Below the pieces are notes generated by a model. The model saw only the letters and a list, made by a program, of their open reading frames with translations, did no database searches and had not been told where the DNA came from. A stretch of DNA of 63,314 nucleotides, filler included, from Licmophora abbreviata (lineage: Eukaryota), in the NCBI GenBank assembly GCA_900291995.1. It is 18 parts of 18 records of this genome, joined end to end, with 100 filler letters (N's around TTAATTAATTAA, not from the genome) between each part and the next. Parts side by side here need not be neighbours in the genome. Positions count along the whole stretch, not along the records: positions 8,651 to 10,912 come from OLMU01001922.1; positions 11,013 to 16,421 come from OLMU01001923.1; positions 16,522 to 23,824 come from OLMU01001924.1; 15 more parts are not named here. One strand, 5' to 3'. The position numbers and the translations under genes were made by a program. This document shows positions 8,993 through 19,228 of this stretch, piece by piece. Numbering within the stretch: the first letter of the stretch is position 1; every line of letters begins with the position of its first letter.

Positions 8993-11900
8993 GCACACGT
9001 CTGGCCAATGGCGGCCGCCTTCTCAATCGGGGCAAGCCGCTCGAGTTCACCTTCAATGGCAAACATCTGCGCGGGGTCGAGGGCGACACGCTCGCTTCGG
9101 CGCTGCTGGCCAATGATCAGATGCTGGTGGGCCGGTCCTTCAAGTATCACCGTCCGCGCGGCATCGTCGCTTCGGGCGGGGAAGAGCCGAATGCGCTGGT
9201 CGGTCTGGGCGAAAACGGCCGGTTCGAGCCGAACCAGCGGGTCACCACGACCGAGCTTTTCGATGGTCTGAGCTGTGCGAGCCAGAACCACTGGCCCAGC
9301 CTGGAGTTTGACGTGGGCGCGGTCAACGCCAAGCTGTCGCGCTTCCTGCCGGCGGGCTTCTACTACAAGATGTTCATCCATCCGCGCCCGTTCTGGAAAC
9401 ACATCTACGAGCCGATAATCCGCCAGTCGGCTGGCCTCGGCAAAGCGCCGCGCGACCGCGATCAGGACAGCTACGAGCATTTTTACGCCTTCTATGACGT
9501 GGTCGTGATCGGCGGTGGCGTGGCCGGGCTGCAGGCTGCCCGCGCGGCGGGGGCCGCAGGGGCCAAGGTGCTCTTGATGGAGCAGACGCCGCATTGGGGG
9601 GGGCGTGCCCCTGTCGATGGCGGCACGGTCGATGGTCAGCCTGTGGACAAGTTCGTGGATGAAATTGTTTCCGAACTTGAAGCAATGGGCAATGTCACGC
9701 TGCGCACCCGGATGATGGGCGCGGGCGTCTATGATCACGGCTATATGCTGGGCTATGAGCGTTTGAACGATCATCGTCCCGATGCCGCCGGTCCGCGTCA
9801 CCGTCTGTGGCGCATCCGCGCGGCCCAGATCGTGACCGCCACCGGCGCGATCGAACGTCCGCTGAGCTTTGCCGGAAACGACATCCCCGGTGTCATGCTG
9901 GCCTCGGCGGTGCGCGATTACGTGGTCAATTACGGTGTGTCCATCGGCGACCGCACCGTGATCGTCACCAATAACGACGATGCTTACCGAACGGCGATCA
10001 CCCTGAAAAAACAGGGTCTGGAAGTGCCGGTGATCCTCGATGCCCGCGCGTCGGGCGGCGGGGCGCTGGCAGACGAGGCGCGCGCGCTTGGCATTCGCAT
10101 CGAAAACGGCAAGGCCGTCGCCAAGGTCAAGGGCGGCAAGCGTGTCGAAGGTGTCGCGATCTGCTTGCAGGCCGGCGAAGGCGCCGTGCTGGAAGAGATC
10201 AAATGTGACGCGATTGCAATGTCAGGCGGCTGGTCTCCGGTGGTTCACCTGTGGTCGCATTGCGGCGGTAAGCTGTTGTGGGACGACGAAAAAGCGATGT
10301 TCCGTCCGGATGTGGACAACCCGCCTACAGGCGCCGATGGGGCGCGCTTCGTGCTGCCCGCGGGGGCGGCCGATGGTGAGATGCATCTGGCCCGCGTTCT
10401 GGAAAATGCCGATGCCGCAGGACGTGCGGCGGCACAGGCGGCGGGCCATGCGTCCAAACCCGGCACGCTGCCCGTCGGTGAGACGCAGGACGAGGCGCCG
10501 ATCACTCCGGTCTGGATGATGCCCCAGGGTGCTGGCATCAAGCTGCGCATGAAAGCGTGGCTGGATTACCAGAACGACGTGAAGGTCAGCGACGTTCAGC
10601 TTGCTGCGCGTGAAGGCTTCGAATCGGTGGAGCACGCCAAACGCTACACCACGCTCGGCATGGCGACCGATCAGGGCAAGCTGAGCAACATCAACGGGCT
10701 TGCGATCCTGTCGGACACGCTTGGACAGGCGATCCCGCAGACCGGCACCACCACGTTCCGCCCGCCTTACACGCCGATCTCGCTTGCGTCGATTGCAGGC
10801 CCTGCGCGGGATGCGACGTTCCAGCCTTTGCGCCGAACGCCGATGCATGGCTGGCACGAGGCCAACGGCGCCTATTTCGAGCCGGTGGGCGCCTGGCGCA
10901 GACCCTATTGTTNNNNNNNNNNNNNNNNNNNNNNNNNNNNNNNNNNNNNNNNNNNNTTAATTAATTAANNNNNNNNNNNNNNNNNNNNNNNNNNNNNNNN
11001 NNNNNNNNNNNNAAAAGCGGGCGAATCCATCACCGATGCCGTTCAGCGCGAGGTGAAAGCCACCCGCGACAGCCTTGGGCTTCTGGATGCCTCGACGCTT
11101 GGCAAGATCATCGTCAAGGGGCAGGATGCCGGGCGCTTCCTGGACATGCTGTATACGAACATGATGTCCAATCTGAAGCCGGGGCGCTGCCGCTATGGTC
11201 TGATGTGTAACGAAAACGGCTTCCTGATGGATGACGGCGTCGTCGCGCGTCTGGATGACGATACGTTCCTGTGCCACACCACAACCGGCGGCGCGGACTC
11301 GATCCATGCCCATATGGAAGAGTGGCTGCAGACCGAATGGTGGGACTGGAAGGTCTATACCGCCAATGTGACCGAGCAATATGCCCAGATCGCCGTGGTT
11401 GGCCCCAAGGCGCGCAAGGTTCTGGAAAAGCTGACCGATGATGACATCAGCGCCGATGCGCTGAGTTTCATGGGGTGGAAGGATATCACCCTTGCCGGCA
11501 TCACGGCGCGGGCCTATCGCATTTCGTTCTCGGGTGAGCTGAGCTACGAGGTCGCGGTGCCCGCCAGTCAGGGGCGCGCCCTTTGGGACGCGCTGCTGGC
11601 CGAAGGCAATGAGTTTGGCGTGACCCCCTATGGAACCGAGGCGTTGCACATCATGCGCGCCGAAAAGGGCTTCATCATGATCGGGGACGAGACCGACGGG
11701 ACGGTGATCCCGCAGGATCTGGGTCTCGACTGGGCGATTTCGAAGAAAAAAGAGGATTATCTGGGCAAGCGCGCCCAAGAGCGCAGCCACATGACCGATC
11801 CCACCCGTTGGAAGCTGGTCGGCCTGCAGACGCTGGATGGCAGCACGCTTCCGGACGGTGCATATGCCACGGCCGATGGCACCAATGCCAATGGCCAGCG

Positions 11901-12096
11901 CAATGTGCAGGGGCGCGTCACCTCGAGCTATCATTCGCCCACGCTTGGTCGTGGCATCGCCATGGGGGTGGTCCTGAACGGACCGGCTCGGATGGGCGAT
12001 GTGCTGGATTTTCCAAAGGTGGACGGCACGGTGATCAAGGCGAAGATCGTCGATCCCATCTTCTATGACAAGGACGGGGAAAAGCAGAATGTCTGA
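8989..12096 (+). CDS. soxA: Sarcosine oxidase family, alpha subunit; spans gap 10913-11012
   Basis: GDTLASALLAN, RSFKYHRPRG, EHAKRYTT.GM..DQGK, then a GcvT-like C-terminal half (DASTLGK, SFSGELSYE). Confidence 0.93.
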
Positions 12097-12661
12097 AGCA
12101 GTCAGCGCGCTCAATGGCGCAACCGATGAAGGCTTCGTGCGGACCGCGGAATGCGGCCTGACCGGAATGATCACGCTGCGCGGCGATCTTGGCGCGGCCA
12201 AGCTCCAGAAGGCCGTCAAGGCGCTGTGCGGCGTCGAGCCGCCGGCCCGTGGGCATGCCGCTATGGCGGGTGACACGGCGGTCGCGTGGATGTCGCCGGA
12301 CGAATTGTTACTGATGGTGCCTTATGCGCAGGCCGATGACCTTTGTGCCAAGCTCGATCAGGCTCTGGCGGGCGAACACGCCCTTGCGGTCAATGTCTCG
12401 GATGCCCGAGCCGTGTTCCGTCTCTCGGGAGGGGATGCTGTCCGCGAAGTGATCGCCAAGCTTTGTCCGGTCGACATGACCCCCTCCGCATTCGGTCCCG
12501 GTCAGTTCCGCCGCACCCGGCTGGCGCAAATTCCGGCGGCGATCTGGATGCCCGAAGAGGGGGTGATGCAGGTCGTCTGTTTCCGCTCGGTGGCGCAATA
12601 TGCGTTCGACCTTCTGAAAAACGCCGCAACGCCGGGCAGTGAGGCAGGCCTCTTTTCCTGA
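12089..12661 (+). CDS. soxG: Sarcosine oxidase family, gamma subunit
   Basis: WMSPDELL, VSDAR, CPVD and FRSVAQY motifs; overlaps the soxA stop. Confidence 0.92.
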   Translation: MSEAVSALNGATDEGFVRTAECGLTGMITLRGDLGAAKLQKAVKALCGVEPPARGHAAMAGDTAVAWMSPDELLLMVPYAQADDLCAKLDQALAGEHALAVNVSDARAVFRLSGGDAVREVIAKLCPVDMTPSAFGPGQFRRTRLAQIPAAIWMPEEGVMQVVCFRSVAQYAFDLLKNAATPGSEAGLFS

Positions 12662-12760
12662 GCGTTTTGCCGGGAAAAAGCCGGTCTGCCCCTTGACCTC
12701 GCGGCGCAGAGGTTACCATGTAGTGCCACATGACTTCTGATAACGAACAGGGGGCCCGCA

Positions 12761-13360
12761 ATGGCTTTTGAACTTCCCGATCTTCCCTATTCGCATGACG
12801 CGCTGGCCGATCACGGCATGTCGCGCGAAACGCTGGAATACCACCACGACATCCACCACAAGGCTTATGTCGACAACGGCAACAAGGCTGTCGCCGGCAC
12901 CGAGTGGGAAGGCAAATCCGTCGAAGAGATCATCAAGGGCACCTATGACCCCAAGGCCGTCGCCCAGAACGGCATCTTCAACAACGCCTCTCAGTTCTGG
13001 AACCACAACCAGTTTTGGGAAATGATGGCGCCGGGCGGCACGGGCATGCCGGGTGAGCTGGAAAAGGCATTGGTCGAAAGCTTCGGCTCGGTCGACACGT
13101 TCAAAGAACAGTTCGCCGCCGCGGGTGCAGGTCAGTTCGGCTCTGGCTGGGCGTGGCTGGTCAAGGATACCGATGGCAGCCTCAAGGTCACCAAGACCGA
13201 AAACGGCGTGAACCCGCTGTGCTTCGGACAGACCGCCTTGCTGGGTTGCGATGTCTGGGAGCATTCCTATTACATCGACTTCCGCAACAAGCGTCCTGCC
13301 TATCTCCAGAACTTCCTCGACAATCTGGTGAACTGGGAAAACGTCGCGTCGCGCATGTAA
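12761..13360 (+). CDS. sodB: Superoxide dismutase, probably Fe type
   Basis: HH..HH..Y, NNASQFWNH, FGSGWAWL and DVWEHSYY motifs. Confidence 0.95.
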   Translation: MAFELPDLPYSHDALADHGMSRETLEYHHDIHHKAYVDNGNKAVAGTEWEGKSVEEIIKGTYDPKAVAQNGIFNNASQFWNHNQFWEMMAPGGTGMPGELEKALVESFGSVDTFKEQFAAAGAGQFGSGWAWLVKDTDGSLKVTKTENGVNPLCFGQTALLGCDVWEHSYYIDFRNKRPAYLQNFLDNLVNWENVASRM

Positions 13361-13384
13361 ACCGCGCCGACCCTGAACCGCTTC

Positions 13385-13415
13385 AACCCCGTGCCGGTCT
13401 CCGGCGCGGGGTTTT
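13385..13415 (+). terminator. Intrinsic terminator after sodB
   Basis: AACCCCGTGCCGG/CCGGCGCGGGGTT stem followed by T residues. Confidence 0.65.
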
Positions 13416-13505
13416 CATTTGCGCCGATTGATTCCGGTCATCGCCTTTTTCATGGCAGACGTCATGCTTACGTCAGGGATGGACCATGAGAAAAGGAGTT
13501 GCAGA

Positions 13506-13961
13506 ATGACGGAACTGGCACATGGCGCTTGGGTCTTGGTGGCCGATGGTGAAAAAGCCCTGTTTCTGGAAAACGTGACGGACGGGCAGGACCCTTATCT
13601 CAAGGTTGTTCGCATCGAAAGTCAGGACAACCCGCCGCATGGCCAACAGGTCAGCGACAGGCCCGGTCGGATGCCGGATGACAGTGTGGGGCAACGCTCT
13701 GCGATGGAAGAGGTGGACTGGCATATGATCGCCAAGGAGCGTTTCGCCTCGGATATGTCCGACATTCTCTATCGGCTGGCCCATCGCAAAGCGTTCGAAC
13801 AGATTGTTCTGGTGGCACCGCCGCGCACGCTTGGCACATTGCGTGACAAGTTACACAAGCAGGTCGCGGCCCGCGTTGTGGCCGAGGTGCCCAAGGACAT
13901 GACCAACCATCCCGTCGACCGGATCGAAACCCTGCTCAAGGCTGAGTTGGCCAAGGACTGA
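13506..13961 (+). CDS. Host attachment (AtsE-like, baeRF-related) protein
   Basis: WVLVADGEKALFL.N, DRPGR, LVAPPRTLG.LR and KD.T.HP motifs; AGGAG RBS. Confidence 0.85.
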   Translation: MTELAHGAWVLVADGEKALFLENVTDGQDPYLKVVRIESQDNPPHGQQVSDRPGRMPDDSVGQRSAMEEVDWHMIAKERFASDMSDILYRLAHRKAFEQIVLVAPPRTLGTLRDKLHKQVAARVVAEVPKDMTNHPVDRIETLLKAELAKD

Positions 13962-14048
13962 TGCCTGCACGGCGGGTGGGATTTCCCGCTTGCCTTCCGG
14001 GGCAGGCTGCGCCAGCACTTGTGCCCAAGGCAGCAGGACGGGGCAGGC

Positions 14049-14945
14049 ATGAGCGAGGCAGTGAAGGGCGTGGCGGCGATGGTGGCCGTCTGTACGGTCT
14101 GGGGGCTGTCGGGCATCTACTACAAGCTCTTGTCGCATATCCCGCCCATCGAAATCCTTGCGCACCGCACGCTGTGGTCCCTGATCTTCTTCGCAGCAGT
14201 GCTGTTGATTCAGGGACGGATCGGGCTCGTCGGTCAAGCCCTTGGCAATCGCCGTTCCGCGTCGGTCATCGTCTTTGCGGCATTCATGATATCGCTCAAC
14301 TGGTTCGTTTTCATCACCTCGATCCAGATCGGAAAGGCGATGGAGGCCTCGCTTGGCTATTACACCTTTCCTCTGGTCGCCGTTCTTCTGGGGGCCATCG
14401 TGTTTCGCGAACGCCTTGTGCGGGCGCAGCAGCTTGCGGTCGCTCTGGCGGCTGCGGCGGTGATCACCCTGACCGTGGGGCTTGGAGTGGCGCCGTGGAT
14501 CGCCTTGGTCCTTGCAAGCTCGTTCGGTCTTTACGGTCTGGCCAAGAAAGGTCTCAGCGTCGGCCCCGTGGTCTCAGTGACGACCGAGGTGCTGATCCTG
14601 TCGCCGATCGCTCTGGTGGTGCTCTGGGTGGTGCATTCAGGCGGGCAGGGGGCGTTCGGCGTGAACTGGCGTGACTCTGCGCTTCTGGCCTTTTCAGGCC
14701 TGCTGACCGCGACGCCACTGATCCTCTTCAGCTACGCCACGCGCCGCATCACCTATGCCACGGTGGGTCTGGTGCAGTATCTCAACCCGACACTGCAATT
14801 TCTTGTCGCCACGTTTATTTTCCGCGAGGCGTTCAGCTTCTGGCATGCCATCGCCTTCGCAATGATCTGGACGGCGCTTGCACTCTATACCACTGCCGCG
14901 TGGCGTCAGGACAGGGCCGCCCGCAGGGCGCTCGAAAGCTCCTGA
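14049..14945 (+). CDS. rarD: EamA/DMT family transporter RarD
   Basis: EILAHR.LWS, NW..FI, EASLGYY..P and GLVQYLNPTLQF motifs. Confidence 0.92.
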   Translation: MSEAVKGVAAMVAVCTVWGLSGIYYKLLSHIPPIEILAHRTLWSLIFFAAVLLIQGRIGLVGQALGNRRSASVIVFAAFMISLNWFVFITSIQIGKAMEASLGYYTFPLVAVLLGAIVFRERLVRAQQLAVALAAAAVITLTVGLGVAPWIALVLASSFGLYGLAKKGLSVGPVVSVTTEVLILSPIALVVLWVVHSGGQGAFGVNWRDSALLAFSGLLTATPLILFSYATRRITYATVGLVQYLNPTLQFLVATFIFREAFSFWHAIAFAMIWTALALYTTAAWRQDRAARRALESS

Positions 14946-15454
14946 ACATCGGCCACGACCTCGATGAAGCCGCGCAGGCTCGCATCGGCGAAACCCTCGG
15001 CGATCACATGATCGATCAGCCCGGTCAACGGATCCCAGTAGCCTTCGGTGTTCAACAGGTAAATCGGTTTGCCATGCAGACCGAGCTGACGCCATGTCAG
15101 CACCTCGAAGAACTCGTCCAGCGATCCCGCCCCGCCCGGCAGCACGACGATCGCGTCGCAATTCATGAACATCACCTTCTTGCGCTCATGCATGGTCTCG
15201 GTCACCACAAAGCGCGTGAGATCGCTCTTGCCGACTTCGAGCTGCATCAGATGCACCGGGATCACGCCGAAGGTATCGCCGCCGCGGCGTGGCGCGCGCG
15301 CCGTGGCGCCCATCAGCCCCACATCGCCCGCCCCATAGACCAGCCGCCACCCGCCCTCGGCCAGGGCCTGCCCTAATTCCGTCGCGGCGGCCTCATAGGC
15401 CGGGCGCGCGCCCTTGCGTGAGCCGCAAAAGACACACACGGATCTTGCCGACAT
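14906..15454 (-). CDS. LOG family nucleotide phosphoribohydrolase (TIGR00730-like)
   Basis: VCVFCGS, LVYG...GLMG, MHERK and LPGG.GSLDE motifs. Confidence 0.92.
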   Translation of the reverse strand: MSARSVCVFCGSRKGARPAYEAAATELGQALAEGGWRLVYGAGDVGLMGATARAPRRGGDTFGVIPVHLMQLEVGKSDLTRFVVTETMHERKKVMFMNCDAIVVLPGGAGSLDEFFEVLTWRQLGLHGKPIYLLNTEGYWDPLTGLIDHVIAEGFADASLRGFIEVVADVQELSSALRAALS

Positions 15455-15556
15455 CACTTTATCTCCGCTCATCAAAGGGTTGCTTTGACCAGTGATACCG
15501 GCGTTGCTATTGTCCCACAACCGCCTCAAGGCGGTGTTCCGCCAAAAGGAGATGGC

Positions 15557-16942
15557 ATGAGCAGTTCACTGGGGGCAACAAAGACGTCCTTCATCGCCGG
15601 TGCGGTCGTGGCCGTGGTGGTTGCCGGTGTGGCGCTCGTCCTGTGGGATGCCGATACCCCCGAGGAGGTGCCACAGCCCGTGGCCCAGGCTCCGCAGCCC
15701 GCCACCCCAGCCCCCGCAGCCGAGGACGCCGCGCAGGTGCCCGAGGCACAGACACCGCCCGAGCCGGCGCAAGCCCCTGAAACGACGGCAGAAACCGTCA
15801 CCGCCACCGAAGATCAGCAGCCCGCCGCACCCGCTGTCACACCCGACCCGCCGCGCATCAGCACCTTCCGGCTCGAGCCCGACGGCACCATGCTCGTCGC
15901 GGGCCGCGCGCAGCCGGGATGGGAGACGTCGATCCTGCTGGATGGAGAGCCGCTGCGCGTCCTGCGCCCCGAAGGCCGTGGGGATTTCGTCGAATTCCTG
16001 TCGGTCGAAAGCAGTGACCGGCCCCGTGTCCTGTCGTTGGCCATGCGCTCGCCCGAAACCGGCGATCAGATCGCCTCGCGCGATGAGATCATCATCGCGC
16101 CTATGCAACGTCCCGAACTGCAACTCCAAACGCTGGCCGAAAATCAAACCGCGCCACAGGATGAGCCCCTCACCGAGCGTGCCGACCCCGAGACGACCGC
16201 TGCCGCCCCGGTCGCCGAGCCGGTGCCAGCCCCGGAAGCCACACCCGAGACGACGGTCCAGACCCTTGCCGAGACGGAGACCGCGCCCGCCGCTGCCGAC
16301 ACGACCGACGCCTCGAGCGACACGACCGCCGCTGACGACACGACCGGCGCATCCGACACGCCCCTCCCGGAAGCCGCCGCACCTGAGCCTGCCGCAACGC
16401 AAACCGCCCCTATCCCCGCAGNNNNNNNNNNNNNNNNNNNNNNNNNNNNNNNNNNNNNNNNNNNNTTAATTAATTAANNNNNNNNNNNNNNNNNNNNNNN
16501 NNNNNNNNNNNNNNNNNNNNNCGAAGTGTCGCTGTCCGGTCGTGGCCGGATGGATGGTTTTGTGCGGATCTATCTCGACAATCAGCCGGTGACATCGTCG
16601 CGCATCGCCTCGGATGGCACTTGGCGCACCGGATTGCCTCGGGTGGAAAGCGGCGTCTACACGCTGCGGATCGACGAAACCGACACCGAAGGGACTGTCA
16701 CCTCGCGGCTTGAAACCCCGTTCCAGCGTGAAGAACAACAATTGGTCGCTGAACCCGAGAATGATCGCCCCACCGTGCGCGCCATAACGGTGCAGCCCGG
16801 CAATACGCTATGGGCGATCTCGCGAAGCAATTACGGCGAGGGCACGATGTATGTCCGCATCTTCGAGGCCAACCGCGACCGCATCCGGGACCCCGATCTG
16901 ATCTATCCCGGTCAGGTTTTCACCGTGCCTGTGGACGAGTGA
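15557..16942 (+). CDS. Membrane-anchored LysM peptidoglycan-binding protein; spans a gap
   Basis: N-terminal TM, Pro/Ala/Thr-rich linkers, Ig-like segments, C-terminal LysM (VQPGNTLWAIS..YG...IFEANRD.I.DPDLIYPGQ). Confidence 0.88.
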
Positions 16943-17057
16943 TACCACAGGCACCCGCGCCCCCCATCTCGTTCGTCGTGCCGCCGTGAAACACCGGCTG
17001 GCCTTCGGTTGCGCGTCGCTCTAGGTTTGCCAGAAAGAACAAAGGACTGCTTGCTGG

Positions 17058-18869
17058 ATGCGCCACTCCACCCACACCTCAACCGAGATGCCTGCTGACG
17101 GCTGGTCCACGATCCGCCGCGTCGCGCCTTATCTCTGGCCCGAGGGGCAGGGATGGGTCAAACGCCGGGTCGTCTTTGCGCTGATCGCGCTCTTCGTGGC
17201 CAAGCTGGTCGCGGTGGGCACGCCGTTTTTCTACAAGGCGGCGGTCGATGCGTTGGCAGGCGAGAGTGACAATGCCGCCTGGATGCTGGGGTACGGCGCG
17301 GTGGGCCTGACCGTGGCCTATGGCATGGCACGGCTGATGAATGTGGGCTTTCAACAGCTGCGCGACGTGATCTTCGCGCGTGTCGCACAGCGTGCCCTGC
17401 GCCAGCTTGCGCTCGAGACCTTTACTCATATCCACCAGATGTCGCTGCGCTATCACATAACCCGCAAGACAGGCGGCCTGAGCCGGATCATCGAACGCGG
17501 GGTGAAGGGCGTTGAATTCCTGCTCCGCTTCCTGCTGTTCTCCATTGGGCCGCTGGTGCTGGAACTCGTGATGATCGGGCTGGTCCTGTGGACGCTCTTT
17601 GATTTCTGGTATCTCGTCGTGGTTGTGGGGGTGATCGCGGCCTATGTCGCCTTCACCTTCAAGGTCACCGAATGGCGGGTGAAGCTGCGCAAGGAAATGA
17701 ACGATCAGGACACCGACGCCAATCAGAAGGCGATCGACAGCCTGTTGAATTTCGAGACGGTCAAGTATTTCGGCGCCGAACGCCGCGAGGCGGCCCGCTA
17801 CGACGCGGCGATGGCCGGCTATGAAAAGGCCGCGCTCCAGACCTCGTATTCGCTGGCCTTCCTGAACTTCGGGCAGTCCGTCCTGATCACCGGAGGGCTG
17901 GTGGCGGTCATGGTGATGGCAGCGATTGGCGTACAGAACGGTGCCATGACGGTGGGTGATTTCGTTATGGTCAACGCCTACATGATCCAGATCACCATGC
18001 CTTTGAACTTTCTCGGCACCGTCTATCGCGAGATCAGGCAATCCCTTGTGGACATGGGTGAAATGTTCGGTTTGTTAGAGCAAGCACCGGATATCACCGA
18101 AAGTGCAGATGCAAAGATTCTGAATGTGCAGGGCGGCGAAGTGACCTTCGATAAGGTTTTCTTCGGCTATGACCCGGCACGACCGATCCTCAAGGGCGTC
18201 AGCCTGCATGTGAAGCCCGGTCAGACACTGGCCGTTGTCGGGCCGTCTGGTTCGGGCAAATCCACGATCGGGCGCCTGCTCTTTCGCTTCTATGACGTGC
18301 AGAAAGGCGCGGTGAAGATCGACGGGCAGGACCTGCGCGATCTGACACTGGAAAGCCTTCATGCAGCGATCGGCGTCGTGCCGCAGGACACGGTGCTGTT
18401 CAATGACACGGTGGGCTACAACATCGCCTATGGGCGCGATGGCGCCACCCGCGCCGAGATCGAAGAGGCCGCCCGCGCCGCGCAGATCCACGATTTCATC
18501 ATGAGCCTGCCCGACGGCTATGACACGCAGGTGGGCGAACGCGGTCTGAAACTCTCGGGCGGTGAAAAGCAGCGGGTCGGCATCGCGCGCACCCTTCTCA
18601 AGAACCCGCCGATCCTTCTGCTGGATGAGGCGACAAGCGCGCTCGACACCGAAACCGAGCGCGACATTCAGGGGGCCTTGCAACGGGCAGGGCAGGGGCG
18701 CACGGTCATCACCATCGCGCATCGTCTGTCCACCGTGGCCGATGCCGACCTGATCGTGGTACTGGAAGACGGCCAGATCGTCGAAGAAGGCACCCATGCC
18801 GAGCTTCTCGCGCGGCAGGGCCGCTATGCCAGCCTGTGGCAGCGCCAGCAATCCGAAGAGGCCGCATGA
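17058..18869 (+). CDS. ABCB/ATM1-type ABC exporter, fused permease and ATPase
   Basis: DSLLNFETVKYF, PLNFLG.VYREI, Walker A GPSGSGKS, LSGGEKQR and DEATSALD motifs. Confidence 0.95.
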   Translation: MRHSTHTSTEMPADGWSTIRRVAPYLWPEGQGWVKRRVVFALIALFVAKLVAVGTPFFYKAAVDALAGESDNAAWMLGYGAVGLTVAYGMARLMNVGFQQLRDVIFARVAQRALRQLALETFTHIHQMSLRYHITRKTGGLSRIIERGVKGVEFLLRFLLFSIGPLVLELVMIGLVLWTLFDFWYLVVVVGVIAAYVAFTFKVTEWRVKLRKEMNDQDTDANQKAIDSLLNFETVKYFGAERREAARYDAAMAGYEKAALQTSYSLAFLNFGQSVLITGGLVAVMVMAAIGVQNGAMTVGDFVMVNAYMIQITMPLNFLGTVYREIRQSLVDMGEMFGLLEQAPDITESADAKILNVQGGEVTFDKVFFGYDPARPILKGVSLHVKPGQTLAVVGPSGSGKSTIGRLLFRFYDVQKGAVKIDGQDLRDLTLESLHAAIGVVPQDTVLFNDTVGYNIAYGRDGATRAEIEEAARAAQIHDFIMSLPDGYDTQVGERGLKLSGGEKQRVGIARTLLKNPPILLLDEATSALDTETERDIQGALQRAGQGRTVITIAHRLSTVADADLIVVLEDGQIVEEGTHAELLARQGRYASLWQRQQSEEAA

Positions 18870-19225
18870 TGAGCCGCAAGGCGGGTCCGGAAACACCCGA
18901 TGGGCGCTATTTCGTGGCGCGCGGACGTCTCTGGCGCAAGGGTGATCCTTCGCTCTGCGACACGACCCGCCGCGCGGCGGTCAAGTCACTCATGCAGGCC
19001 CGCCTTGCGGAACGGCGGGCCGGGGATGAGGCGGAACGCCGCGCCGCGCGTGATGCGATCGTAGCGGCCAAGCGCCGTTTGGGCGAAGCCGGCCCCGTCT
19101 GGTGGGACGATGGCGCCCCCGACGAGAGCGGCCAGCACCCCGCCGACAGCCGCTATCATGACTGGTGGTCCTCGCTCGATGCCGAGGCCCGCGCGCGCGG
19201 CGAGCATGATCCGCCCCGCGACTGA
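18866..19225 (+). CDS. Conserved hypothetical protein
   Basis: ATGA overlap with the ABC gene; TPDGRYFV.RGRLWR and LGE.GPVWWDDGAPD resemble a widespread uncharacterised family. Confidence 0.7.
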   Translation: MMSRKAGPETPDGRYFVARGRLWRKGDPSLCDTTRRAAVKSLMQARLAERRAGDEAERRAARDAIVAAKRRLGEAGPVWWDDGAPDESGQHPADSRYHDWWSSLDAEARARGEHDPPRD

Positions 19226-19228
19226 GGC

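Noticed and set aside
7249..12661. soxBDAG as N-methylglutamate dehydrogenase or sulfur-oxidation sox genes
   Set aside because: No gmaS or mgs neighbours are present, and these are sarcosine-oxidase-family subunits unrelated to thiosulfate Sox. The substrate cannot be determined from sequence.
15278..15305. Odd segment ARAPRRGG in the LOG protein
   Set aside because: The frame is preserved and the region is a GC-only stretch prone to consensus errors; no biological claim can be supported.
16190..16421. Repeated GACACGACC (DTT) units and low complexity in the LysM protein
   Set aside because: Ordinary Pro/Ala/Thr-rich periplasmic linker.
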